Origin: Lachnospiraceae bacterium
Lineage (GTDB): Bacteria > Bacillota > Clostridia > Lachnospirales > Lachnospiraceae
Direction: 5' to 3'
Length of the DNA stretch: 64,000 nt
Assembly (NCBI GenBank): GCA_963605745.1
Contig: CAVCWT010000012.1
Location: forward strand, 608 to 64,607
A program made the translations under genes and the position numbers. This document shows, piece by piece, positions 11,426 to 21,015 of this stretch (position 1 is the stretch's first letter; each line of letters opens with the position of its first letter). Under the pieces are notes generated by a model. It had not been told where the DNA came from, made no database searches, and saw nothing but the letters and a program-made list of their open reading frames with translations.

Positions 11426-12832
11426 TTACTCAGCGTCCTCAGTTACAGGAGCTTCCTCTTCGGGAGCCTCCTCTGCCTTCTTGGTGGACTTTCTGGTTCT
11501 CTTGGGCTTTTCCTCGCCGTCCTCTTCCTTTTTAGCCTTCTTGGTCTCCTTGGCATTCTCAGCGATGAACTCAGCAGCCTTGCGAATTCGAACGTCCTTC
11601 TTGAGATCGTCCTTCATCTCATCACTGCCGAACAGACTCTTTACACTGTCAACAGGAGTGCGATACTGATCTGCAATCTTCTGATATTCGTTCTCGAGAT
11701 CCTCATCGGTAACCTCGATGTTCTCAGCATCGGCAACGGCCTCCAGAACCAGGCTGTTACGGATTCTCTGCTCTGCCTGGGGCTTGAGCTGCTCAAGGAA
11801 CTGCTCCTTGGTCTGACCGGTATACTGCAGATACATTTCCAGCTGCATGCCCTGATACTGCATGTTCTGTGCGAACTCATTTGCCAGATTCTGCTGCTGT
11901 GTGTACAGCATTGCCTCAGGGATCTGAATCTCAGCATCCTCTACAGCTGCAGCAACGGCCTCCTTCTCACGGGCGTTCTTGCGATCCTCATCCTTGCGAG
12001 CCTGCAGGTTCTTGCGAACATCTGCCTTGTACTCCTCCAGAGTGGAGAACTCAGAAACCTCATCTGCGAACTCATCGTTCAATTCCGGCAGAACCTTTGC
12101 CTTGATGGCATTCACCTTGCAGTGGAAAACAGCGGCCTTACCAGCCAGAGATTCCTGATGATAATCCTCCGGGAAGGTAACCTCAACGTCCTTCTCCTCG
12201 CCAATGCTCATGCCAACCAGCTGCTCCTCAAATCCAGGGATAAAGGAATGAGAGCCAACGGTCAGATCATAATTCTCTGCGGTGCCGCCATCAAATGCAA
12301 CGCCGTCAACAGATCCTGCAAAGTCCAGCTTGATCATATCGCCGTCTGCAACCGGACGATCCGTTACATCCTGAATCTTGCCGTTTGCATCCTGCTGGCG
12401 CTTGAGCTCCTTCTCAACATCCTCGTCGGTAACTTCAGCTGCGTCCTGCTTGGTAATCGAAACACCCTTATACTTGCCCAGAGACACCGGAGGCTTCAGA
12501 GCAACTTCTGCTGTGTAGATAAAGCTCTTTCCTTCCTCGATCTGTGTCACATCAATCTTAGGATTGGAAACAACGTCCTCTCCGCACTCCTTGACAGCAT
12601 CTGCATAGGAGTCGTTGATGCAGTTGTTGGCAGCATCCTCATAGAAAATTGCTGCGCCGTACATCTTCTCAACGATCTTACGAGGAGCCTTGCCTTTACG
12701 GAAACCAGGAATGGAGATGCGGTTCTTCTCCTTCTGATATGCCTTCTCAATCGCCTTGCCGAAATCCTCAGCACTCACTTCGATGGTGAGCTTGGCCATG
12801 CTGTTCTCGAGCTTTTCAACACTAACGCTCAT
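11426..12832 (-). CDS. tig: trigger factor
   Basis: GFRKGKAP signature, FKBP domain (FIPGFEEQL), and tig-clpP-clpX synteny. Confidence 0.97.
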   Translation of the reverse strand: MSVSVEKLENSMAKLTIEVSAEDFGKAIEKAYQKEKNRISIPGFRKGKAPRKIVEKMYGAAIFYEDAANNCINDSYADAVKECGEDVVSNPKIDVTQIEEGKSFIYTAEVALKPPVSLGKYKGVSITKQDAAEVTDEDVEKELKRQQDANGKIQDVTDRPVADGDMIKLDFAGSVDGVAFDGGTAENYDLTVGSHSFIPGFEEQLVGMSIGEEKDVEVTFPEDYHQESLAGKAAVFHCKVNAIKAKVLPELNDEFADEVSEFSTLEEYKADVRKNLQARKDEDRKNAREKEAVAAAVEDAEIQIPEAMLYTQQQNLANEFAQNMQYQGMQLEMYLQYTGQTKEQFLEQLKPQAEQRIRNSLVLEAVADAENIEVTDEDLENEYQKIADQYRTPVDSVKSLFGSDEMKDDLKKDVRIRKAAEFIAENAKETKKAKKEEDGEEKPKRTRKSTKKAEEAPEEEAPVTEDAE

Positions 12833-12941
12833 TGATTTGATTCCTCCTGATGGTCATTTCACATAGTCTTGCTGCATACCGTCTGCGATTCCGATCCGTC
12901 TCTTATTGTCCGGAACCGTTACAGCAAACAGACAATTTAAG

Positions 12942-12970
12942 AGTATACGCAAGAGTGCCGTATTTTGCAA
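12942..12970 (-). promoter_or_regulatory. sigma-A-type promoter of tig
   Basis: Minus strand TTGCAA-N17-TATACT. Confidence 0.6.
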
Positions 12971-13022
12971 GGTTTTCCGGCTGCCTCCTACGAGAAGACA
13001 TTTAATTTGTTGCTTTCTATAG

Positions 13023-15281
13023 TTACTCCACGGCCTTGATGTATACCTGCACAGCCTCGTAGTCCGTTCTTGACATAGGAAGCGTATAGCCGGCGTGCTT
13101 TAACGCCTTTCCGGACATCCTGCAGCCGGAAATTCCGGATTTTCCTGAAATCTCGCTCTCGTATTCCATATCGTCCGAGGCTACCGTATTTTCTACGATT
13201 TCAATTTCATAGATGGTATCATCAGCCAGTCCCTGTACATTTACATGATACGGCTTCTGATTGCCTTCGACGCCGCAGTAAACGGCCGTGATCAGAGCTT
13301 CCTTCTGATCTTCACTCACCATTTCCCAGGCAACGCAGACATCATCCAGACCGGTCAGGCGGTAATACTCTCCATGCTGGATCAGCTCATAGAAGCGCTT
13401 GAAGGTGCGGATCTGCTCCTTTGCCTCTTCTTTTTCCTGTTCGGTCATCCTGGTGATGTCCAGCTCATAGCCAAAGGTTCCTGCCATGGCAACGCAGCCT
13501 CTTGTGTGGAGCTGTGTCATTCTTCCGGTCTGATGGTTCGGCACGGCACTGACGTGAGCTCCCATGGTCGAAACGGGATATCCCAGCGACGAGCCATACT
13601 GAATGGAGATGCGGCAGATTGCATCTGTATCATCGGACAGCCAGATCTGTGGTGTGTAATACATCATGCCGGCATCGTATCTTCCGCCGCCGCCGCTGCA
13701 GCCCTCGATGAGAATTTCCGGAAATCTCTGATGGAGCTGCTCCAGCACATAATACAGGCCAAGGATAAAGCGGTGCGCGAATTCGCCCTGATGTTTCGCA
13801 TCCAGCGTATTGCTGTATTTATCGCACATGCTGCGGTTCATGTCCCACTTGACATAGCTGATGGGAGCATTGGAAAGAATATCACACATTCTTTCCAGGA
13901 TGTAATCGCAGACCTCTTTTCTGGAGAAGTCCAGAAGGAGCTCATTTCTGCCAAGGCAGGGCTTTCGGCCGGGAGCAGTAATGGCCCAGTCGGGATGTGC
14001 CCGGTAAAGATCACTGTCAATGGAGATGGCCTCCGGCTCGAACCAGATGCCGAACAGCATTCCGTCCTCGGTAATCCGATCCCCCAGCTCCTTCAATGTG
14101 CAGCCGAGCTTTTTCTCGTTGGTAAACCAGTCGCCCAGTCCGCAGTTATCATTGTCTCTTGCACCAAACCAGCCGTCATCCATGACGAACAGGTCAACAC
14201 CCATCTCATGGGCATCCTTTGCAATGGATACCAGCTTGTCACCGGTAAAGTTAAAATACGTTGCCTCCCAGTTGTTGATGAGAACCGGGCGCTGTTTGTT
14301 CTTCCAGGTGCCGCGGCACACATTCTCGCGAATGGCCTTGTGATAATTGCGGCTCAGCTGTCCGATTCCCTCTTCGCTGTAGGCCATCATAACCTGCGGC
14401 GTCTCGAAGGTCTCTCCGGCGCCCAGATTCCAGCGGAATTCATCGGGATGAAGGCCGCAGATAAATCTCGTCTGATCTGCCTGATCCTTCTCCACCTCCA
14501 TCAGGAAATTGCCGCTGTAAAGGAAGGAAAATCCGTAGCACTTCCCCTGGGTCTCAGTAGCCGTGTGCTCACACAGAATGGAAAACGGATGATACTGGTG
14601 GCTGGAGGCTCCTCTGACGCTTCCTACGGAGGACACACCGCTCGGAATCTCTCTTCTGACGACATTGCGCTCCATGGCATGTCTGCCGCTGAGCGTGATC
14701 CAGTCCAGATGCTCGAACTGGAAATCAATGCTCATGGATGCAGCCTTCTCCAGCTGCAGCTCCTCTTTTCCTTCATTTACGAGCTTTGCCGACCGGACAA
14801 TGACATCCTTGTCCTCCAGAACGCCATACCAGAGCTCTACCTTGAGGCCTGTCACTTCATCCTTCAAGGTCACGCAAAGGCTCTGATAATGATCCTCCTC
14901 TGCATAGGCCGCAGGAAGCCCCTCAATCTGATACAATCCGTCCACAACCTTGCAGCTGTCATAATAAAGGCTCACGGTCTGATTGCCGGTCACCTCACGG
15001 GTTCTGAGTCCTGTGATGCGATAATCGCCGGTGCCAAAGCAGCTGTACTCCTGCGGCAGAAGATCCATGGAATAGGTTCTGTCTACCGTTCCCACCTCAT
15101 AGGGATTGCCGCTGAAGCCTCTGTCCATGAAACGGATCTGCGAGTACAGATCGGTTTCATCGATACTGCTCCCGTAATAGGTGTGAATCAGCTTCTTCTT
15201 ATCATCAATTTTCATCTGATAGGTCGAATGTTTTGTGTGCAGGCTGATGATTCCTGTTTGCTCATTCACTTTGATTGACAT
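13023..15281 (-). CDS. alpha-galactosidase, glycoside hydrolase family 36
   Basis: NNWEATYF, FVMDDGWFG, FGIWFEPE, YVKWDMNR, CSGGGGR and WLSDDTDA motifs. Start MSIKV at 15281. Confidence 0.95.
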   Translation of the reverse strand: MSIKVNEQTGIISLHTKHSTYQMKIDDKKKLIHTYYGSSIDETDLYSQIRFMDRGFSGNPYEVGTVDRTYSMDLLPQEYSCFGTGDYRITGLRTREVTGNQTVSLYYDSCKVVDGLYQIEGLPAAYAEEDHYQSLCVTLKDEVTGLKVELWYGVLEDKDVIVRSAKLVNEGKEELQLEKAASMSIDFQFEHLDWITLSGRHAMERNVVRREIPSGVSSVGSVRGASSHQYHPFSILCEHTATETQGKCYGFSFLYSGNFLMEVEKDQADQTRFICGLHPDEFRWNLGAGETFETPQVMMAYSEEGIGQLSRNYHKAIRENVCRGTWKNKQRPVLINNWEATYFNFTGDKLVSIAKDAHEMGVDLFVMDDGWFGARDNDNCGLGDWFTNEKKLGCTLKELGDRITEDGMLFGIWFEPEAISIDSDLYRAHPDWAITAPGRKPCLGRNELLLDFSRKEVCDYILERMCDILSNAPISYVKWDMNRSMCDKYSNTLDAKHQGEFAHRFILGLYYVLEQLHQRFPEILIEGCSGGGGRYDAGMMYYTPQIWLSDDTDAICRISIQYGSSLGYPVSTMGAHVSAVPNHQTGRMTQLHTRGCVAMAGTFGYELDITRMTEQEKEEAKEQIRTFKRFYELIQHGEYYRLTGLDDVCVAWEMVSEDQKEALITAVYCGVEGNQKPYHVNVQGLADDTIYEIEIVENTVASDDMEYESEISGKSGISGCRMSGKALKHAGYTLPMSRTDYEAVQVYIKAVE

Positions 15282-15302
15282 TTTCTCTCTCCTTGTCATT
15301 TT

Positions 15303-15458
15303 GTAGTTATTTAGCCCCCGCATCGAGGGTTTCCTACGGAAAATCTCGATGTGGCTGGGCAGAGGAGCTTCGCTCCTTGCCCACCCGGCAATTTCAATTA
15401 TGAATTTGTCCGCGAAGCGCCCAATTCATATTGGAATCGCAAGGTGCTAACCAGATAC
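15303..15458 (+). mobile_element. 156-bp MITE/REP-like element with terminal inverted repeats and three internal hairpins (full copy)
   Basis: Ends gtagttatttagccc...gtgctaaccagatac. About 118 nt closely match the reverse complement of 46631-46750. Same length and architecture as 34966-35121. Confidence 0.8.
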
Positions 15459-16100
15459 GTCATTTTTTTGCATTACTGCCAGAAAATCCTTCACTAAGGT
15501 CCCCGTCGTAATGTAGGACAGCACTCCGAATCCAAAGAAAAACCAGATAAAGGCGCCGATCGCCATCGTCGTATCGCTCAGATAGGTGAGATACGCACAG
15601 ATTCCGTGCAGTGCCGCCAATAGCAGTGCCTTCACAGGATTTCGAAAGGCAAAATAACACGCATTTATTACCAGCATTTTCATCCGGTTCTCAAAGCTTG
15701 CAATCACAGGGAACAGATACAACGCCAGGATAAGGAGCAGCGCCCCCATTGCCAGAATGGGATATCGGAACAGATCGATTGGACTCCCCGCCTCATTGCA
15801 GATCCGAATATCCGCATAGCCGAACACCGCCAGCAACGCAATCACAATCCAGGCAATGGTTCCCTTTACAAAGTTCTCCTTAAAGCCTTTCCAGAAGGTT
15901 TTAAAAACGCTCACCTCTCCGTCGTCCTTGTGAGCCTTCAGCATCAGATAACTTAATCCGCACCAGGATGCCCCAATGGTGACTATAGGAATCGAAAAGA
16001 ACAAAAACAACAGGTTCCCTACCACCACGATCCAGACACGATTCATCATCCTGCCCAGCAAGGTGTCATTTCCGAAAATCCCCAGCAGTCTGTTTCCCAT
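15447..16100 (-). CDS. YesL/DUF624-family membrane protein
   Basis: NLLFLFFSIPIVTIGAS and FWKGFKENF motifs; located in a sugar ABC operon. Confidence 0.85.
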   Translation of the reverse strand: MGNRLLGIFGNDTLLGRMMNRVWIVVVGNLLFLFFSIPIVTIGASWCGLSYLMLKAHKDDGEVSVFKTFWKGFKENFVKGTIAWIVIALLAVFGYADIRICNEAGSPIDLFRYPILAMGALLLILALYLFPVIASFENRMKMLVINACYFAFRNPVKALLLAALHGICAYLTYLSDTTMAIGAFIWFFFGFGVLSYITTGTLVKDFLAVMQKNDVSG

Positions 16101-16329
16101 AAAGTTTCTCTTTCAAGCCGGCCCTGCCGGTCGTTTTTTTCCCTTTTCTTATGACAACTGCGCAGGCTGTGTTCCATCTTTGGCACAACGCTGCGCAGTG
16201 CATACTTTGTTGCCGTTCACACCTCCGCCATTGGCAAGGACACGGCCCCCTTTATTGTACCTCTTTGCCACAACGGCTGTGCAGGCCCATATTGACTGCC
16301 ATTTCACAGCTGCTGCAAAGATCTTGTTT

Positions 16330-17172
16330 TTACAGTTTTCCGCCCGAGGTTGCAATACCTTCCACGAACTGTTTCTGGAAGATCAGGTAGATGACGATCA
16401 TCGGAATGACTGCCAACACAGCGGATGCCATCATTGCCGGATAGTCGCTGCCGTACTGTCCCTGCATCTTGGCAAGACCGGCACTTAAGGTCGTGGAATC
16501 ACCATTGGTGCAGACGATCATGGGCCACATCAGATCCTTGAATGCGAACAGTGCTGTGAAGATACCAAGGGAAACCATGGAGGAACGGGTCAGCGGCATC
16601 ATGATCATCAGGAATCTCTGGCCGACGTTGCAGCCATCGATGGCTGCGGCCTCTTCCAGGTCTTTAGGAAGACTCTGGTAGCCGGTCTTTAACAGGTATG
16701 TTCCGAATGCAGTGACAATGCCGGGGAATACCAGACCTGCCGTCGTATTCAGGAGCTTCAGTTTGGAAACCATCAGGTACTGAGGGATGATGAAGATCTG
16801 CGAAGGAATCATCATCTGGATCAATACCAGTGAGAACATGAGCTTCTTGCCCGGGAAATTCAGTCTTCCGAAGGCATAACCTGCCATGGTTGCCGTGAGG
16901 CATGCGCAGATGACGCGGAAGAGAATCATCAGCAGTGTATTTTTGTACAGAATCAGGAAGTTATAGTTGTTCCATACCTTTACAAAGTTCTCCCAGTGCC
17001 ATCCGCTGTGCGGCAGGATATAGAAGGGAGCCACGGAAATGGATTCCTGATTGGTCTTCACCGCGGTCAGAATCATCCAGGCAAAGGGCACCAGCATGAT
17101 AAAGGCCATGATGATCAGGATGATATAGATAATGACTTTTCGAGCACGATCTTTTGCAATTGCACTTTCCAT
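16330..17172 (-). CDS. carbohydrate ABC transporter permease (MalG-type)
   Basis: EAA loop LEEAAAIDGC; FQKQFVEG C-terminus. Confidence 0.95.
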   Translation of the reverse strand: MESAIAKDRARKVIIYIILIIMAFIMLVPFAWMILTAVKTNQESISVAPFYILPHSGWHWENFVKVWNNYNFLILYKNTLLMILFRVICACLTATMAGYAFGRLNFPGKKLMFSLVLIQMMIPSQIFIIPQYLMVSKLKLLNTTAGLVFPGIVTAFGTYLLKTGYQSLPKDLEEAAAIDGCNVGQRFLMIMMPLTRSSMVSLGIFTALFAFKDLMWPMIVCTNGDSTTLSAGLAKMQGQYGSDYPAMMASAVLAVIPMIVIYLIFQKQFVEGIATSGGKL

Positions 17173-17190
17173 GATATCTGCCTCCTTCCC

Positions 17191-18096
17191 TTAGTTGTAG
17201 AATACGAACTTCTTTTCACATTTCTGCAAAATGAAGGTCATGATCATGATAAAGAGAACCAGTACCATTACCAGAGCCGCACCATAGCCCTTGTTGCCGT
17301 TGGTGAAAGCATACTGATAGAACAGGTACACAACGGACTGCGTTCTGTTCAGCGCCATGTTGGTCTTGTCCATTACCATGAACATCAGATCGAAGACCGT
17401 CAGGGCACCGATAATTCTCGTCTGTACGATAAAGAAGGTCGTAGGACTCAAAAGCGGAACCGTGATATTAAAGAACTGGCTGATGCCGCTGGCACCGTCG
17501 ATCTCTGCTGCCTCATAATAGTCCTTCGGAATCTCCTGAAGACCGCCGATGAACAGCACCATGTTATAGCCGATGATCGACCATACACCGATGATGCCGA
17601 CACTGATCCACGCAATGTTCGGATCCGAAATCCATGCTGCATCTGTGTGGAGAACATTGTTGATCAAACCAAACTGCTGGTTATATAACCATTTCCAGAC
17701 CATGGCAACGGCTGCAGGAGCGCATACCATCGGCAGGAAAAAGATGGTACGGAAAGCGGACTTTCCGGCAATTTTCTGCTGTAACAAAACGGCCAGGACC
17801 ATTGCGATCGCTACGCCGAAGGGAACCTCGATCAATGCGTATTTAATGGTGTTCCAGAGAGACTGCCAGGTCTCTACCTTGGATAATACTGCCTGGTAAT
17901 TGGCCAGGCCGATAAAGATATTGCCTTTTCCGAAATCTCCTGTTTTGCAAAGAGACTGCCATACCGTGTTGACGGCCGGATAGAAATTCAAAATGATCAG
18001 TCCCAACATAGTGGGAAGGATAAATGCCCATGCCCAAATGGCTTCTTTTTTCTGTGCCAGGGTCATCTTTTTCCGTTCTGCCCTTGCTGCTTTCAT
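17191..18096 (-). CDS. carbohydrate ABC transporter permease (MalF-type)
   Basis: YYEAAEIDGA and FIGLANY motifs; start moved to MKAARA at 18096. Confidence 0.93.
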   Translation of the reverse strand: MKAARAERKKMTLAQKKEAIWAWAFILPTMLGLIILNFYPAVNTVWQSLCKTGDFGKGNIFIGLANYQAVLSKVETWQSLWNTIKYALIEVPFGVAIAMVLAVLLQQKIAGKSAFRTIFFLPMVCAPAAVAMVWKWLYNQQFGLINNVLHTDAAWISDPNIAWISVGIIGVWSIIGYNMVLFIGGLQEIPKDYYEAAEIDGASGISQFFNITVPLLSPTTFFIVQTRIIGALTVFDLMFMVMDKTNMALNRTQSVVYLFYQYAFTNGNKGYGAALVMVLVLFIMIMTFILQKCEKKFVFYN

Positions 18097-18324
18097 GCTG
18101 TGCCCCACCTTTCTGAATCGGTAGCTTTGGATAACAGAATGAGATTCCGGATTGCTCCGGAACCCCATTCCTTTTCGTGATGGGAGGTCATGGCCGCCAC
18201 AGCGATCAGATATCATTTGCTGACACTGTAACAAAGCGTCGTCTTCTCACTTTCCCATCGCTTTTGTGCAATAACTCGCCCCCCGAAATGAGGATCTCTA
18301 TGAACAGAGCTCGCCTAGCAGAAC

Positions 18325-19686
18325 TTACTCTGCTGCAATTGCATCCTCGATGATCTTCTGTGCGTTATCGCAAGCAGTAGCCATCTTGTCGGGATCGGAA
18401 GGATCCTGCCATGCATCCAGGAATGCGCCCTGCTGCTGGATTGCATCTTCCCATACAGTGGTCTTTCTGGTGTAAGGTCTGAAGAACAGGTCTCCCTCTT
18501 CCTCTGCGCGAACGAATGCAGATACATCCATTCCCTCGAATGCATCAGCGAATGCATCAGATACTCCGGTCATACCGCCCATGGTTACGCCGAGCTCAGC
18601 CTGCATCTTCTGGCCTTCCTCGGTGCAGAAGAACTTGATCAGGTCATAGCAAGCCTTGGGATCTGCTACGTTAGCATTTGCTGCCCAGCCAAGGCCGTTG
18701 TATGCAGAATAACGCTCGCCCTCGTCGCACTGGCCGTTGCCGTTTACATCAGCATAAGGAAGCATTGCCCACTTGTAATCTGCGCTGTTGTCTGCGGTGT
18801 AGAAGGAGTTGATCATCCAGGAGCCCTGAGAGATCATTGCCGTCTTTCCGGACATGAACAGGGAGTCTGTGCCGGTCTCAGCAACAACGGACTGAGGAGC
18901 GCCAACGGTCAGGAGCTTACGAACCATCTCCATGCCGGCCTTACCTTCATCAGAACCGATTGTGGTTCCCTTGTGATCGTCTGTAATGATCTGTCCGCCG
19001 TAATCGTATACCAGGTTATACCAGCCGTCCTGGTTGTTGGAGGTGTTCATTGCCATGCCGTAGATCTCGCCGTTGGATCCTTCGTAGATCTTCTTGGCAG
19101 CCTCATACATGTCATCCCAGGTCCAGTCGTCGGTCGGATAGTCAACGCCGTACTCATCAAAGATTGCTGCATTGTAGAGCAGTGCGATGGTGTCATGGTC
19201 CTTCGGCAGTGCGTACTGTTTGCCGTTGCTGTTGTAGAGGTTCCATACGCCTTCGTAGTAATTCGCTGCGTCAACCTCATCATCTGCCTCGATGTAAGAG
19301 GTGAGGTCTAACAGAATGTCATTTTCCATGTACATCTGTGCGGTGTTGGAGTGCATCCAGAATACATCCGGAAGAGTTCCGCCCGAAGCGCCGGCCTCAA
19401 GGAGTGTCCAGTAGTTGTCCCAGTCTACAACCTCGATGGAAACCTTTACGCCAGAGGTCTCGGTCCACTTGTCTGCGATCTGCTGCAGGCCGTCCTTCTG
19501 GTTGTTGTCCCAGATGTTGATCTTGATCTCGTCAACCGTGTAGCCGCCGTCAGAAGAAGCTGCTGCCGTCTCGGTACTGCTGCTGTCTGTGCTCGTTGCA
19601 GTTGCTGCAGTGTCGGAGCTGCCGCATCCTGCCAGGGCTGCAACCATAGCGGTTGTCAAAAGTGCTGCTACTAACTTTTTGTTCAT
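18325..19686 (-). CDS. sugar ABC transporter substrate-binding lipoprotein
   Basis: Lipobox LAGC, Ser/Thr linker, PDVF, GKQYALP and LLYNAAIFDEYGV motifs. Confidence 0.95.
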   Translation of the reverse strand: MNKKLVAALLTTAMVAALAGCGSSDTAATATSTDSSSTETAAASSDGGYTVDEIKINIWDNNQKDGLQQIADKWTETSGVKVSIEVVDWDNYWTLLEAGASGGTLPDVFWMHSNTAQMYMENDILLDLTSYIEADDEVDAANYYEGVWNLYNSNGKQYALPKDHDTIALLYNAAIFDEYGVDYPTDDWTWDDMYEAAKKIYEGSNGEIYGMAMNTSNNQDGWYNLVYDYGGQIITDDHKGTTIGSDEGKAGMEMVRKLLTVGAPQSVVAETGTDSLFMSGKTAMISQGSWMINSFYTADNSADYKWAMLPYADVNGNGQCDEGERYSAYNGLGWAANANVADPKACYDLIKFFCTEEGQKMQAELGVTMGGMTGVSDAFADAFEGMDVSAFVRAEEEGDLFFRPYTRKTTVWEDAIQQQGAFLDAWQDPSDPDKMATACDNAQKIIEDAIAAE

Positions 19687-20123
19687 CTTTTCCTCCCTGA
19701 ATACAAAATACTGTTTGGTTTTCTGAACCTGTAATGCATTTTATTATTTGCAATAACCGATTAACATGTTCAAAATTGCTCCCGTTTTGTCCATTTGTGA
19801 CATTTTGAACTTTTTCGTCTTTTTTTGTCCATCCATTTGTGCGTTTTTGCAATAATCTCTCGCTTACATTGCCTTATTTTTTCTTTTGCGCTATATTCTA
19901 TGCGTTGAAACATTCACAATCACAAGGAATTTTTTCTTTTTTTATGCATTTCGCACAGGTTCTGCACGTGTTTTCCCTGTCGGGATCACTGCTGTGATAC
20001 AGCAGATTCCCTTAAAAAGCCGTGTGCCATGCAGCAAATGGATCTGCCTTGCAGCTGCATCCCACTGGAAATTGGTGTTTTGAGAACAGACAGCAGGTAC
20101 CCCGACACCCAGAGGAATTTTCT

Positions 20124-20978
20124 ATGATCAATACCACGCACGAGCAGCTCGGATGGGATTTTTGTGAATTCTTGAATTACGATTCCGGCAATGACCTTGT
20201 ACTGTATGAAATCGGCACATATGTCTGCGGGCCGGGATATTCTTATGGTCCCATCATCCGCAACCGGGATATTTTCCATTACATCAAATCCGGCTGCGGC
20301 AAGCTGGTGCTGAGCGGACGGGAATTCCATATCCATGCCGGTCAGGGTTTTCTCATTCCGGCAGGATGCCTTGCCTATTATGAAGCGGACGAGAAAGATC
20401 CCTGGGACTACTGCTGGCTTCACCTTTCTGGATACACTGTCACGAATATCTGGAAAGAAATGGGGCTGAATGCCGAGCAGCCGGTCTATACCTCTGATGG
20501 CAAAGACCATGAGTTTGAGAAAATCTATGAAGAGCTAATTCAGAACAGAGAGCGGCAGCTGTATACCCTTGGAAAGGTTTGCGAGCTTTTGGATGAGCTG
20601 CTGCAGCACTCTGCGACCAGACAGGACGACGAGCAGAATCTGCAGCTGGGCTATATCCGTAAGATCATCAATTACATCCATGTCATGTACTCCTCTCCGA
20701 TCCAGCTGAACGATATGGCTGCGATCTGTGGTCTCGACAGGAGCTACATGTCCCGCCTGTTCAAGGATGCCACCGGTGCCTCCATCCATACCTACCTCGT
20801 CAATTACCGCATTAAAAAAGCCAAGGAGCTGCTGAGGAACCCGGATCTGTCCATCCAGTACATTTCCATGGCGGTCGGGTATTCGGATGCCTTTTCCTTT
20901 TCGAAGGCCTTTAAAAAGATCACCGGCGTCTCGCCCCGGCAGTGGCGCTCAGATTATCTGGACAATGCTGCCGATTGA
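20124..20978 (+). CDS. AraC-family regulator (MsmR-like) of the alpha-galactoside cluster
   Basis: Cupin N-domain (YSYGP, FLIP, YEADEKDPW) and C-terminal double HTH (VGYSDAFSFSKAFKK). Divergent from the binding-protein gene; GAGGA SD before 20124. Confidence 0.92.
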   Translation: MINTTHEQLGWDFCEFLNYDSGNDLVLYEIGTYVCGPGYSYGPIIRNRDIFHYIKSGCGKLVLSGREFHIHAGQGFLIPAGCLAYYEADEKDPWDYCWLHLSGYTVTNIWKEMGLNAEQPVYTSDGKDHEFEKIYEELIQNRERQLYTLGKVCELLDELLQHSATRQDDEQNLQLGYIRKIINYIHVMYSSPIQLNDMAAICGLDRSYMSRLFKDATGASIHTYLVNYRIKKAKELLRNPDLSIQYISMAVGYSDAFSFSKAFKKITGVSPRQWRSDYLDNAAD

Positions 20979-21015
20979 GAGGGATCGGTTATACTGCAGG
21001 CACGTTTTACGTATT

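Noticed and set aside
13245..15278. 677-aa plus-strand ORF
   Set aside because: Antisense shadow of the GH36 gene with no recognisable motifs.
15303..15458. tRNA, riboswitch or T-box interpretation of the cloverleaf-like element
   Set aside because: No T-loop, CCA, T-box or c-di-GMP riboswitch motif recognised, and it occurs in both orientations beside unrelated genes.
16149..16355. 68-aa minus-strand ORF between the permease and YesL-like genes
   Set aside because: No clear SD or motif, and it overlaps the permease end; cannot be supported.
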